From: Myxococcota bacterium
Lineage (GTDB): Bacteria > Myxococcota > JACRCW01
Assembly: GCA_040752415.1 (NCBI GenBank)
Contig: JBFMGU010000083.1
Span: forward strand, 1-39,186
DNA: 39,186 nucleotides
Reading direction: 5' to 3'
Shown: piece by piece, positions 9,565 through 20,117 of the stretch
How positions within the stretch are numbered: position 1 is the stretch's first letter
Layout of the letters: the number at the start of each line of letters is the position of its first letter
Made by a program: the position numbers and the translations under genes
Notes under the pieces: generated by a model
The model's database searches: none
What the model was told of the DNA's origin: nothing
Seen by the model: only the letters and a program-made list of their open reading frames with translations

Positions 9565-10836
9565 CTAACGGGTAAGCGCCGCAACGACGGGACCAACAAC
9601 CTCCATGTGACGCGCCACCGCCCCCGCCATCGACGCCACGCGCTCCTTCCCCGCCTGCCCCACCCGCCGGGCCTCATCCGCCTCAATTAGCCACTTCGCC
9701 ACCGCTTCGGGCAGTTCTTCCGCCGTCACCTGCGTCGCCCCCACGCCGTCCAGCGCCGCGGTCTGGTCTGGCGCCAGGAACATGTGCGGGCCGTGCAGCA
9801 CCGGCGCTCCCTGCGCCGCGGGCTCCAGGATGTTCTGCCCTCCCCGCTCCACGAACGAGCCCCCGACGATCGCAACGCGCGCGAGCGCATAGGCCGCCGC
9901 CAGCTCACCCATGGTGTCCAGCACCACCACGTCGACGCCAGGACACGCATCCGCTCCACCACTGCGCCGTGCCGTACGCCAACCGGCCTGCTCGCACATC
10001 CGCGTGATGCTCTCCGCGTGCTCCAGGTAGCGGGGCGCCCACAGCAAGCGGATGCCCCCGTCCACCTCACGCGCCCGACGGAACGCCGAGAGGATGACCG
10101 GTTCCTCCCCCTGGTGCGTGCTCCCCGCCACGAGGAAACCCGCCGGCTCCCCCAGGTCCGCGCGCAACGCCGCAAGACGTGCGGGGTCGGGGGCGCGGGC
10201 GGCTGCGTCGAACTTGCAGTTCCCCGTCACCATGCAGCGTGAAGCGTCCGCGCCCAGCGCCACGTACCGAGCCCGATCCTCCTCCGTCTGCAGACACAAC
10301 CTCGTGAGCCGTGACACCGGGTTGTCCACCAGGCGAAAGAACGCACGGTACCGTCGGGCGCTGCGCTCGCTGACGCGACCGTTGCACAGGATGATCGGGA
10401 TTCCTCGTCGTGACGCGGCGGCAATCAGCGTGGGCCAGAGCTCGGTGCATTCCAGGAGCAACGCGTCGGGGCGGATGCGCGCCATGGCGGCGGAGACGAA
10501 GGGCGGCGCGTCGAGCGGCAGGAATGTCACCACGTCCGGCGCGGGCGTCATCTTGCCCGCCATGGTCTGACCGCTGTCAGTGATCACGGTGAGCACCACC
10601 GACAACTCCGGTTGCTGCGTCTTCAGGGCGGCCACCACGGGCCAGATGTTCTTGACGTCGCCAGCGCTCGCGGCGTGGACCCACAGGCGCGGACCGGCGG
10701 GCAAGGTTGGTGGAACCGCGGGTCGGCCCAGGCGCGCGCCGAGCCCTCCCCTCGTCTTGGGCCGCAACCAGAGCACGGGAACAGCCAGCAACGCCGCCAC
10801 CGTGGCCATGACGGCATACAACACCCGTCCCAACAT
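9565..10836 (-). CDS. waaA: 3-deoxy-D-manno-octulosonic acid (Kdo) transferase
   Basis: WVHAASAGD, PLD, ELWP, NGRVSERS, GNCKFD, AGSTHQGEE, DTMGEL, GGSF and GGQNILEPA motifs of WaaA/KdtA. Confidence 0.93.
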   Translation of the reverse strand: MLGRVLYAVMATVAALLAVPVLWLRPKTRGGLGARLGRPAVPPTLPAGPRLWVHAASAGDVKNIWPVVAALKTQQPELSVVLTVITDSGQTMAGKMTPAPDVVTFLPLDAPPFVSAAMARIRPDALLLECTELWPTLIAAASRRGIPIILCNGRVSERSARRYRAFFRLVDNPVSRLTRLCLQTEEDRARYVALGADASRCMVTGNCKFDAAARAPDPARLAALRADLGEPAGFLVAGSTHQGEEPVILSAFRRAREVDGGIRLLWAPRYLEHAESITRMCEQAGWRTARRSGGADACPGVDVVVLDTMGELAAAYALARVAIVGGSFVERGGQNILEPAAQGAPVLHGPHMFLAPDQTAALDGVGATQVTAEELPEAVAKWLIEADEARRVGQAGKERVASMAGAVARHMEVVGPVVAALTR

Positions 10837-10928
10837 GCCTCGCACCCTGCCACCGGAACCCCGGGCGTGTCTCCCCCACTTGCGCGCGCGCCCGGTGATG
10901 ATTCTTATGGGCCCACCCGCATGCCCGG

Positions 10929-12206
10929 GTGCCAGGAGCCCGCGTGTCCACATCCCCGGAAGCCGAGTTCAACGGGCCCCTCGTCGGCGGGCGGTACCGC
11001 ATGGGTCGCCGCCTGGGCTCCGGCGGTCAGGGCTCCGCGCACCTGGCTCTCGACGAGAAAACCGGCAAGCGCGTGGCGGTGAAGGCGTTCGAGCTGGCCA
11101 AGGTCAAGGACTGGAAGGAGCTGGACCTCTTCCGCAGGGAGTGTCGCGTCCTCAAGGACGTCCGGCACACCGGCATCCCGGAATATCTGGATGAGCTGGA
11201 GAGCGAGGACCACAAGGTCCACTACCTGGTCATGGAGTACGTGCCCGGCCAGTCCCTCAAGGAGCGCGTCCGCGACGGAGCCCTCACCGAAGCCGAGCTG
11301 TGGCGCCTGCTCTGGCAGATGGTCAACATCCTTGACTACCTGCACGGACGACAGCCGCCCGTCGTCCACCGTGACATCAAGCCGGCCAATCTCATCCAGC
11401 GTCCCGACGGGGACGTGGCGTTGGTGGACTTTGGTGTGGTGCAGACGGGAAGGCCGGCGACCGGGGGGAACACCTTCGTGGGCACCTACGGTTTCATGGC
11501 GCCCGAGCAGTTCCACGGCGAGGCCAGCACCGCCACGGACATCTACGCGCTGGGCGCCACGCTCATCTGCCTGGGCACCGGGTGTGAACCGGAGGACCTC
11601 CCGCATGAGGGGCTGCGCCTGAAGTTCAAGGACCGCCTCCGTGTTTCCGACGAGCTGCTGACGCTGCTGGAGCGTCTCACCGAGCCGGAGCCCGCCAAGC
11701 GACCCACCTCCGGCGTGGAGCTGAAGAAGGAGCTGGAAGCACGCAGCAACGTCCCAAGCCCCACGCGCCGGTCGCGTGACGACGAGGAACCGTTGCATCA
11801 ACCGCGTCCCGGCGAGCTGCCCGCGCCGGTGGGCGTGGCGGTGGGCGCGTTGCTCACGCTCATCGGGACGCTGGGAATGGTGGCGCTCACCGTCGTCGAC
11901 GCGGTGCTGGTGCCGCTCATCTTCACGCTGCTCGCCATGTCCGCGCCGCGAGAGAAGAAACGGCGCCTGCAGAACCAGCAGGATCACATCCACGGTGCGC
12001 TGAAGGCCGGCGTGCGGACTTTCCAGCAGCTCAGCACGGGCGGCTACCAGGCGTTCCGTCAGCACCAGCGGGAGTTGAAGTCCGCGCGCCAGGAAGCGCT
12101 TCCGGGACGTCGTGAGAGGCGCCTGGAGCGCGAGAAGTGGCGGGAGGAGGAGCGTCGTCGCGCCGCGGCCATGAAGGCGCGCAACCGGCACGGCGGACGT
12201 CGCTGA
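10929..12206 (+). CDS. Hanks-type Ser/Thr protein kinase with C-terminal membrane segment
   Basis: LGSGGQG, VAVK, HRDIKPAN, DFG, GTYGFMAPE and DIYALG; hydrophobic stretch followed by an Arg/Glu-rich tail. Confidence 0.93.
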   Translation: MPGARVSTSPEAEFNGPLVGGRYRMGRRLGSGGQGSAHLALDEKTGKRVAVKAFELAKVKDWKELDLFRRECRVLKDVRHTGIPEYLDELESEDHKVHYLVMEYVPGQSLKERVRDGALTEAELWRLLWQMVNILDYLHGRQPPVVHRDIKPANLIQRPDGDVALVDFGVVQTGRPATGGNTFVGTYGFMAPEQFHGEASTATDIYALGATLICLGTGCEPEDLPHEGLRLKFKDRLRVSDELLTLLERLTEPEPAKRPTSGVELKKELEARSNVPSPTRRSRDDEEPLHQPRPGELPAPVGVAVGALLTLIGTLGMVALTVVDAVLVPLIFTLLAMSAPREKKRRLQNQQDHIHGALKAGVRTFQQLSTGGYQAFRQHQRELKSARQEALPGRRERRLEREKWREEERRRAAAMKARNRHGGRR

Positions 12207-12626
12207 GCGCAGGCCACGTCGTCACCGCGCATCAGTCGCGGTCCAGGAAAGCAAACGCGGCTTCACGCGTGAGATGACCCGCGCACGCCAGGCGCTCACG
12301 TGCCCACGGTGGTTTTCCAATCACGCCGCACGTCGCCGGGTATGCCGCGATGTGTGGCTGCGGATCACGTTGTCCCTCTGACGAAAGACGGAACGGTTTG
12401 GCTTGTAGGGGGATGCTCGCACCGGTACATCACACGGAGTCGTCGTCAGGTGGGAGTTGCACGGACCTCTCTGCCGCGCCACCACCGACCGACCATCCCA
12501 GCCATCACGACGGACGAATCGGCGCGAGGCCCGCTGGGGACGGGTCCATTCCGACGATTCCCAACCACCTCCGTCGCCATTCTTCATCACGCCCTCGACC
12601 CTGCCTCATGCAAGGACAGCCCTCCC

Positions 12627-15600
12627 ATGCACGCGCCCACGCATCGACCGCATCTCCGTCTCGCGCTGGCCATGGCGTTCTCCACCGCCGTGGGGTGCGA
12701 AGGCGGAGCGTGTAGTGCAGACCTCCTCGACATCATCTTCATTCCCGCGGATACGTGCGAGCAGAAGATCACGGTCTCTCCGGACACGGCTCGCGTTCCC
12801 ATTGGCGTGGACATCAAGTTCACGGCGGTCCAGCAGCTCACCAACTGCGTCACCATCGACGTGACGGACCTGGCCGCCTGGAGCACCAGCGACTCCACGC
12901 TGGCCACAGTGGATGACGCCACCGGACGCAAGGGCCTGGTGCGGGGCGTGCGCCTGGGCATCACGTCCGTGCGCGCGCGCATGGGCAACACGGAAGGCAA
13001 GGCCACCGCGGTGGTGACGGAGGCGCAGCTGCGTCGGATTGACGTCACGCCGGCGGAAGCGCGGGTGGCGCGGGAAAGCAACATCCAATTCGTGGCCACG
13101 GGAACGTTCTCCGACGGGACCAGCGCGGACATCAGCTCCCTGGCGCAGTGGCAATCCGACGACGACACCGTCATCGCGGTTTCCGACGTCTCCGGGAGCA
13201 AGGGCCTGGGCACCGGGATCACGCCGGGCAACACCCGTGTCTCCGCCACCTACCAGCGCATCCGCGGCACCACGCGCGTCACCGTGACGCCAGCGAGGCT
13301 CATGTACCTGTCCGTGTGGCCGCCGCTGAAGACCATGGCGCCGGGCACGCGACAGCAATTCACGGCCACCGCGATCTACGACGACTACACCACCGCCGAC
13401 GTCACCACGCAGGTCACGTGGAACACCTCCAACGACTCCGCGGCCACCGTCTCCAACGACGCCTCCTCGCTCGGCGTGGCAACGGCGGAGTCCGCAGGCA
13501 CCACCACCATCTCCGCCATCCTGGAAGACGTCATGGGCTCGGCGGTGGTGCGCGTGAGCAACAGCGAGATGAGCGCCATCTCCCTCACGCCGGTGCAGCC
13601 CGCCATTCCTCCCGGCGCTTCGCTTCCGTTCACCGCCACCGCGCTCTTCACGGACAACACCGCGCAGAACATCACCGAATCCTCGACGTGGGACTCCACC
13701 CTGCCAGGCGCCGCCACGGTGTCCATGCAGGCGGGCTCACGCGGACTGGTCACCGGTGTCTCCGCCGGCACCACGGAGATCCGGGCCGTCGCCAACGGCG
13801 TCGTCGGTCGCCAGACGCTGCGCGTGAGCAGCGCGGGGCTGACGTCGATTGTGGTGAGCCCGCCGGTGGCCACCATTGCCATGGGCACCACACAGCAGCT
13901 CACCGCCATGGGCATCTATTCCGACAACTCTGTGCACGAGATCACGAACCTGGTGACCTGGGGCTCCTCCAGCGAAGAGGCACCGGTCTCGAATGCGCGA
14001 GGGTCGCAGGGCCTCGTCGTGGGGATTGCTCCCGCCCGCGTCACCATCACGGCCACGCTGAATGGCGTCACGGGTGCGTCGGCGCTCAACGTGAGCGGCG
14101 CGGAGCTGGTCTCGCTCTCGGTGACGCCCACCAACACCTCGCTTCCGCGTGAGGCCATGCAGCGCTTCGCGGCCATCGGCCTGTTTAGCGACAACACCGT
14201 GCAGGACCTCACGCGTGAGGCCACCTGGCTATCCTCCGACGACAACATCGCCCGCGTCTCCACCGCCGTCGGAACGCAGGGTCTGGTGATGGCCCTGCAG
14301 CCCGGGAGCACGTCCATCAATGCGCACTTCCAGGGCGTGCGCGGTTTCACCACGCTGGTGGTCACCGACGCGGTGCTGGAGTCCGTGGAGATCACGCCCG
14401 CCAACCCCACCATTGCCATGGGCACGGCGGTGCAATTCATCGCGCGCGGGTTCTACTCGGACAACACGGCCGTCGACGTCACCGAGATGGGCACGTGGAC
14501 TTCCAGCAACAGCGAAATCTCCGTGCTCTCCAACGCCAACGGGTCGCGCGGATTGGCCACCGGCCTGGGCGCGGGAACCACGGAGGTCAGCATCCACGTG
14601 GGTAACGTCTCCGGGACCACCATCCTCACCGTCACCAGCGCCACGCTGGACCGCATCACGGTGGCGCCCGAGAACGCGGGAGTGGCCAAGGGCACGCAGC
14701 AGGCCCTGACCGCCACGGGGCACTTCTCCGACGGAACGCAGCAGGACATGAGCTCTCTGGTGACGTGGGCGTCGTCGGACGGCACGGTGGCCATTGTGTC
14801 CAACGCGCCGGGCAGCCGCGGCACCGTGGCGGCGCTCAACCTGGGCACCACCACCATCAGCGCCACGTTCTTTGGCGTGACCGGCTACACGCCGCTGCGG
14901 GTGACGGAAGCCATCCTGGATGCGTTGCTCATTGACCCCAGCAGCCAAGCATTTCCCAATGGGACCACGCTCCAACTGCGCGCGCTGGGCGTGTACACCG
15001 ACGGAAGCCAGCAGGATCTCACGTCGTCCGTGTTGTGGGAGTCCACGGAGCCGGACATTGCGCAGGTGTCCAACGCCCCGGGCAGCCAGGGCCTGGTGAC
15101 GGCGGTGGAGCTGGGCGAGGTGAGCGTCACGGCGGCCTACAACGGCGTGACCGGCGTGGCGATGTTGACGGTCACCAACGCCGCGCTGCGCTCCATCGTC
15201 GTGGAGCCGGGGGAAGCGGTGACCGCACGCGGTATCTCCAAGCGGTTCCGCGCGTGGGGCACGTTCACGGACAACACCGTGCAGGACATCAGCTCCATTG
15301 TGACGTGGACCTCCTCCGACGACACCGTGGCCAGCTTCACCTCCCAGACCTCTCCCAGCCTGGCCCACGCGCGCCTGGAAGGCGTCGTCACCGTGACGGC
15401 GAGCCTGCAGGGCATCACCGGCACCGCCACGTTGACAGTGGAGCCCAAGACGCTGGTGGCCATCTCCCTCAACCCCGGCTACTCGACGATTGTCCGCGGC
15501 ACGCGGGTCCGTTTCACCGCCACGGGCATCTTCTCCGACGACAGCACCGAGGACCTCACCCTGGTCGCCGACTGGGCCAGTGAGTACCCCGACGTGGCGG

Positions 15601-16529
15601 AGACCCTGATTGGCGCCGAGACGCGCGGGACCGTGGTGGCGCATTCCACCGGGACCACGGAGGTCTACGCCACCATGGAGGGTGTCATCGGCTCGTCCCG
15701 CGTGGTGGTGACCAACGCCGCCATCCAGTCCGTGCGCGTGGAGCCGGAGACGGTGACGCTGGCCCGCGGATTCACCTTGCCCTTGCGCGCGTGGGGCACG
15801 TTCTCCGACGGGAGCGAGCAGGACCTCACCGCGCTGGTGGACTGGTCCAGCAGCCGCGGCTCCGTGGCCAGCGTGTCCAACCTGCGTGAGACGCGCGGCG
15901 TCATCACCGGCAACGGCCCCGGCAACGCCACCATCACGGCCACGTTCGATTCCGTGTCCGGCACGTCGGAGGTGACGGGCTCCACGGCCACGTTGGCGCG
16001 CGTGCAGCTCCTCCCGCAGCGCCCGGAGATTGGCCAGGGCAGCGGCGTCCGGATCCGCGCCGTGGGTCATTTCTCCGACGCAAGCACGCAGGACCTCACC
16101 GACCAGGCCACCTGGAGCCTCTCCACCGAGGGAATCCTGTCACCGTCCCGCATGGCCAACAGCAACGGCGTGTACTTCTCGGAAAGCCCGGGCACCGTGC
16201 AGGTGAGCGTGGTGGTGGCGGGCATGACGGGCAGCACCCCGGTCACCGTCACCGACGCCACGCTCTCCACCATCGTCATCGAGCCCGCCGACACCACCAC
16301 GGCGCGTGGCAACGTGCTGCCCTACTCCGCGCGCGGGAACTTCTCCGACGGCAGCCAGCAGGACGTCACCGAGTTCGTGACCTGGTTCACCTCGGACCGC
16401 TACGTCGCCGCCATTTCGAACGCCGGGACGAACCGGGGCGAAGCGTATGGCGTGCTGCCAGGAGTGGTGGATGTGCGCGCGGTCCGCGCGGGAGTGGAGG
16501 CCACGGCACGACTGACCGTGACGCCGTGA
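12627..16529 (+). CDS. large surface protein with 14 tandem Big_2 Ig-like repeats (Leptospira Lig-like)
   Basis: 14 repeats of about 90 aa counted by eye, pattern I.V.P.......G...QF.A.G.FSD....D.T..VTW.SS...VA.VSN..GS.G.V.....G.T.I.A; N-terminal lipobox-like FSTAVGC. The frame is open from 12300; ATG 12627 preferred. Confidence 0.88.
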   Translation: MHAPTHRPHLRLALAMAFSTAVGCEGGACSADLLDIIFIPADTCEQKITVSPDTARVPIGVDIKFTAVQQLTNCVTIDVTDLAAWSTSDSTLATVDDATGRKGLVRGVRLGITSVRARMGNTEGKATAVVTEAQLRRIDVTPAEARVARESNIQFVATGTFSDGTSADISSLAQWQSDDDTVIAVSDVSGSKGLGTGITPGNTRVSATYQRIRGTTRVTVTPARLMYLSVWPPLKTMAPGTRQQFTATAIYDDYTTADVTTQVTWNTSNDSAATVSNDASSLGVATAESAGTTTISAILEDVMGSAVVRVSNSEMSAISLTPVQPAIPPGASLPFTATALFTDNTAQNITESSTWDSTLPGAATVSMQAGSRGLVTGVSAGTTEIRAVANGVVGRQTLRVSSAGLTSIVVSPPVATIAMGTTQQLTAMGIYSDNSVHEITNLVTWGSSSEEAPVSNARGSQGLVVGIAPARVTITATLNGVTGASALNVSGAELVSLSVTPTNTSLPREAMQRFAAIGLFSDNTVQDLTREATWLSSDDNIARVSTAVGTQGLVMALQPGSTSINAHFQGVRGFTTLVVTDAVLESVEITPANPTIAMGTAVQFIARGFYSDNTAVDVTEMGTWTSSNSEISVLSNANGSRGLATGLGAGTTEVSIHVGNVSGTTILTVTSATLDRITVAPENAGVAKGTQQALTATGHFSDGTQQDMSSLVTWASSDGTVAIVSNAPGSRGTVAALNLGTTTISATFFGVTGYTPLRVTEAILDALLIDPSSQAFPNGTTLQLRALGVYTDGSQQDLTSSVLWESTEPDIAQVSNAPGSQGLVTAVELGEVSVTAAYNGVTGVAMLTVTNAALRSIVVEPGEAVTARGISKRFRAWGTFTDNTVQDISSIVTWTSSDDTVASFTSQTSPSLAHARLEGVVTVTASLQGITGTATLTVEPKTLVAISLNPGYSTIVRGTRVRFTATGIFSDDSTEDLTLVADWASEYPDVAETLIGAETRGTVVAHSTGTTEVYATMEGVIGSSRVVVTNAAIQSVRVEPETVTLARGFTLPLRAWGTFSDGSEQDLTALVDWSSSRGSVASVSNLRETRGVITGNGPGNATITATFDSVSGTSEVTGSTATLARVQLLPQRPEIGQGSGVRIRAVGHFSDASTQDLTDQATWSLSTEGILSPSRMANSNGVYFSESPGTVQVSVVVAGMTGSTPVTVTDATLSTIVIEPADTTTARGNVLPYSARGNFSDGSQQDVTEFVTWFTSDRYVAAISNAGTNRGEAYGVLPGVVDVRAVRAGVEATARLTVTP

Positions 16530-16557
16530 CGTCCCTCGACGCAGCGGAGGGCTCCCC

Positions 16558-17829
16558 ATGTGGGGCAAGCAGAGAGCACGTACGGGGATGTTGATTCTCG
16601 TCGTCACGCTGACAGGAACGGCGTGTCCACTCCCCAACCCGGATTGTTCCTGGGGGCGCACCGCGGCCATCACCGCCGTGGGCAACCCCACCCAGGCGCG
16701 CGGCCAACCCTTCACGGTGAGGCTGGAGGACCTGGACCGCGTGAAGGAGGAGCACTTCTCCTGCTCCGAAAAGTACCTGACGGCCATGCGCAAGCTGCGC
16801 AATTCCGCCGACGAGAAGCTGGCCCAGCCCCTGGTCAACGTGATGCAGAAGACGGGCGTCCCGCCCTCCGGCGACACGCACGACTACTTCAGCCTCTCGC
16901 GCTACTACTGGCCCAACCCGGACACCGCCGACGGCTTGCCGTACATCCGTCTTGACGACGTCAACCCGGAAGCCTTCAGCACCACCTATGACAAGACCGC
17001 CAGTGAAACGTTGTTCACCGCGCTGCGCATCCTGGCCCCTGCCTACTACCTGAATGACGAAGAGAAGTTCGCGCAGCGCGCCGCCGAACAGGTGCGCATG
17101 TGGTTCCTGGCCCCCGCCACGCGGATGAATCCGAATCTGCAGTACGCGGGGAGCATCCCGGGTGGCCTGGCAGGTCGCGCCGTCGTTGAGTGGGTCCAGA
17201 TGGTGAAGCTGCTGGACGGCGTGGAGATGCTGAAGCGCTCCCAGCACTGGACCTCCGACGACGACGCCGGGTTGCACGCGTGGGTGGAGGCGTACGTCGA
17301 GTGGATGTCCACGCACCCGCAGGCGCTTGACGATGCCAACCGGGAGAACAACCACGGAACCTGGTACGACGTGCAGCTGGCCACGCTGCTGCTGTACGCC
17401 GGTCAGCACGACGAGGCGCGCAGCCTGCTGGAGGTGGCCAAGGCACGTCGCATCAGCGTGCAAATTGAGCCGGACGGCCACCAACCCTTCGAGACCGATC
17501 ACGGCTCACCGTGGGTCAACAGCACCGCCAACCTGCGGGCGTTCATGGACCTGGCCACGTTGGCGGAGCGCGTGGGCGTGGACCTGTGGAGCTACCAGAC
17601 CGCCGACGGGCGCGGCATCCGCAAGGCGCTGGACTTCCTCGTCACGTTCGCGTTCGAGGGACAGCCGTGGCCCTGGGATGAACCGGTGAAGCACGAAGCG
17701 TTGTTCGAGCTGCTGCGCCGCGCTTCGCGCGCCTATGACGATCCCCACTATGAAGAGCTCGTTGGCCGGATTCCCGACCAGGAGACCGTGAACCGGGACA
17801 TTGGCCAGCTGCTGTGGCCAGCGCGGTAA
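16558..17829 (+). CDS. alginate lyase family protein (PL5-like), probable lipoprotein
   Basis: HDYFSLSRYYWPNP..DGLPYI, WFL...TRMNPNL.YA and catalytic-region NNHGTWY; lipobox LTGTAC; GGAGGG RBS. Confidence 0.87.
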   Translation: MWGKQRARTGMLILVVTLTGTACPLPNPDCSWGRTAAITAVGNPTQARGQPFTVRLEDLDRVKEEHFSCSEKYLTAMRKLRNSADEKLAQPLVNVMQKTGVPPSGDTHDYFSLSRYYWPNPDTADGLPYIRLDDVNPEAFSTTYDKTASETLFTALRILAPAYYLNDEEKFAQRAAEQVRMWFLAPATRMNPNLQYAGSIPGGLAGRAVVEWVQMVKLLDGVEMLKRSQHWTSDDDAGLHAWVEAYVEWMSTHPQALDDANRENNHGTWYDVQLATLLLYAGQHDEARSLLEVAKARRISVQIEPDGHQPFETDHGSPWVNSTANLRAFMDLATLAERVGVDLWSYQTADGRGIRKALDFLVTFAFEGQPWPWDEPVKHEALFELLRRASRAYDDPHYEELVGRIPDQETVNRDIGQLLWPAR

Positions 17830-17914
17830 CGGCTCACGTTGGAGTTGACGTCGGGATGGCGCTGTTCCCGGTTGCGTGTCCCGGTACATCCGTGCGCACG
17901 CGTCGGGGAAGCCC

Positions 17915-19441
17915 ATGGGGACCCGGGCCTGGTTGAGAAGACGCCGCTGGCGCAGGGAAGAGAGCTTTGAAGTCTCACGCTGGCTCTTCCTCCGGGCGCT
18001 GGGAGTCATCCATCTCGGCGCGTTCCTCTCGCTCCGCCCCCAGGTGCTTGGGCTCGTGGGAGAGCGCGGCATCCTCCCGGTGCAGGAATACCTGCAGCGC
18101 GTGCGCGGACTCTTCCCGGGGTGGAAGCAGCGACTCCAGGTTGCGCCCACGCTGTTCTGGATCGACGCCAGCGACGAGACCCTCACGTGGGCGTGCCGCG
18201 CGGGCATCATGGCGTCATGCCTGCTCAGCCTGGGATTGCTGCCGTTGCCCGCGCTCATGGTGCTCTGGGCGTTGTATCTCTCGTTCGTCGTCGTGGGCCG
18301 GGAGTTCCTCCGCTTCCAGTGGGACGCACTCCTGCTGGAGACCACCGCGCTCTCGACGTTGATTGCTCCCCCGACGCTGCGGCTCCGCCTGGGCGCGCAC
18401 CGTCCCGCGGCACGTGGTGCATTGTGGCTCCTGCGCTTCCTGGCGTTCCGGCTGATGTTCTCCTCGGGCGCGGTGAAGCTGCGCAGCGGCGACCGTTCCT
18501 GGCGACGTCTGACCGCGCTGGAGCATCACTACGAGACGCAGCCGCTTCCGCCATGGACCGCGTGGTTTGCGCACCAGGCCCCCCGCTCGCTGCACAAGAC
18601 CGCCACCGCCACCACGTTCATCCAGGAGCTCGTCGCGCCCCTGGGCATGCTGGGCCCTCGTCCCTTCCGTCGGGCCGCGGGCGTGTCCACCGTGGGCCTG
18701 CAGGCGCTCATCTCCGCCACGGGAAACTACGGCTTCTTCAACGCGCTCACCGCCGCCCTCACGCTGCCGCTTCTTGACGACGCGTGTTTCCCCCGCGCGC
18801 TCGCCGCACGTGCCAAACCGCGAAAACCTCGTCGCCATTCCCTGCTGGCGGGAGGTGCACGGGTGGCCGCGAACGCGTTCTTCCTCCTCTCCGGCGTGGT
18901 GCCCCTGGCCCTCACCGTCTCGGAGCGCGCATCAACCCGACGGAGCATGGGTCGCGTGCTGGATCTGCTGGCACCGCTCCACCTGGCCAATCCCTACGGC
19001 CTGTTCGCGGTGATGACGACGAGGAGGCCGGAGGTGATCCTGGAAGGCTCGGGTGACGGTGAGACGTGGCGTCCCTACGAGCTCAAGTGGAAACCGGGTG
19101 ACGTGCACCAGCGTCCGCGATTCGTGACACCGTTGCACATGCCACGACTCGACTGGCTCATGTGGTTTGCCGCGCTGGACCCCATCCGCGGCTACCGCTG
19201 GGTGACCAACCTGATGACGCGTCTGCTCGAGGGCTCGCCCCCCGTGTTGCGCCTGTTCGGCCACAATCCCTTCCCGGGGCGGCCACCGAGGCTGATGCGC
19301 GCGTCGTTGTACGATTACCGTTTCACCAACCGGTACCAGCGTCGTCACGAGGGCGCGTGGTGGGAACGTGAGGAGCTTGGTCCCTATCTTCCCTATGTGC
19401 TCACCCGAAGGGATGCGGGACGGGATCGCCCGTTGGTGTGA
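17915..19441 (+). CDS. lipase maturation factor (LMF1) family membrane protein
   Basis: FQWD.LLLE, FRLMFSSG.VKL, HYETQPLP, TGNYGFFN, YGLFAVMT..R.E and PRLDWLMWFAAL. Confidence 0.92.
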   Translation: MGTRAWLRRRRWRREESFEVSRWLFLRALGVIHLGAFLSLRPQVLGLVGERGILPVQEYLQRVRGLFPGWKQRLQVAPTLFWIDASDETLTWACRAGIMASCLLSLGLLPLPALMVLWALYLSFVVVGREFLRFQWDALLLETTALSTLIAPPTLRLRLGAHRPAARGALWLLRFLAFRLMFSSGAVKLRSGDRSWRRLTALEHHYETQPLPPWTAWFAHQAPRSLHKTATATTFIQELVAPLGMLGPRPFRRAAGVSTVGLQALISATGNYGFFNALTAALTLPLLDDACFPRALAARAKPRKPRRHSLLAGGARVAANAFFLLSGVVPLALTVSERASTRRSMGRVLDLLAPLHLANPYGLFAVMTTRRPEVILEGSGDGETWRPYELKWKPGDVHQRPRFVTPLHMPRLDWLMWFAALDPIRGYRWVTNLMTRLLEGSPPVLRLFGHNPFPGRPPRLMRASLYDYRFTNRYQRRHEGAWWEREELGPYLPYVLTRRDAGRDRPLV

Positions 19442-19450
19442 CGTCGACAC

Positions 19451-20107
19451 TCAACGCAGGTCGGCCAGGCGCTGCAAAGCCGTTGCCTCGCCCGCCACCA
19501 GCAGCGTGTCCGACTGCACCAGCTTCCGGTCCGGGTCCGGCACGCTCATCATCACGTCCTGGAGCACGTCGTGGACGGCCACCACCTGGACCCGGTAGCG
19601 GTGGGGAAGAGCCAGCTCACGCAGTGTCCGCCCCCACCACGCCTTGGGCACGGGCATCTCCTGCAGGCCGAAGTGCGGCGCCAATTGCACGTACTGCAGG
19701 AGCTGCCCCGCGGTGATCCGCGCTGCCAGGCCCAGCGCGCTCTCCCGCTCGGGGAAGATGCTGTCGGTGGCGCCCAGCGCGTTGGCCACGCGCTCATGCT
19801 CGTGTGAGCCCACCTTCACGAAGATCTCGCTGACGTGCATGTCCTTCAGCGCAATCAGCGCCAGGATGCTGGAAGCCAGGCTCTCACCGGTGGCAATGAC
19901 CGCGGCATCCGCGTTGCGCGCACCGGCCTCCTCCAGGACCGCGGGCCGCGTGGCGTCGCCCACAACTCCCCGTGTCACCCGGCTGCTCATGCCGTCGACG
20001 ATGTCCGGGCGCTGGTCAATGGCCACCACGTCATGGCCCATCTCGAAGAGCCGCTGCGCCAGCGTGGAGCCGAAGTTGCCGAGTCCCACCACGAGGAATC
20101 TCTTCAC
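19451..20107 (-). CDS. ktrA: Trk/Ktr K+ uptake regulatory (RCK, NAD-binding) subunit, KtrA/TrkA-like
   Basis: VVGLGNFG Rossmann motif, GDAT, PERE; 218 aa; directly downstream of a KtrB gene. Confidence 0.88.
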   Translation of the reverse strand: MKRFLVVGLGNFGSTLAQRLFEMGHDVVAIDQRPDIVDGMSSRVTRGVVGDATRPAVLEEAGARNADAAVIATGESLASSILALIALKDMHVSEIFVKVGSHEHERVANALGATDSIFPERESALGLAARITAGQLLQYVQLAPHFGLQEMPVPKAWWGRTLRELALPHRYRVQVVAVHDVLQDVMMSVPDPDRKLVQSDTLLVAGEATALQRLADLR

Positions 20108-20117
20108 GGCGCGCTCC

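Noticed and set aside
12378..12420. CTGACGA as a hammerhead ribozyme core
   Set aside because: No stem II followed by GAAA in the required arrangement.
12627..16529. Recurring DNA words (TTCTCCGACG, CAGGACCTCAC) as a CRISPR or other DNA repeat array
   Set aside because: They recur at multiples of the roughly 270-nt protein-repeat period and encode FSD and QDLT of the Ig repeats.
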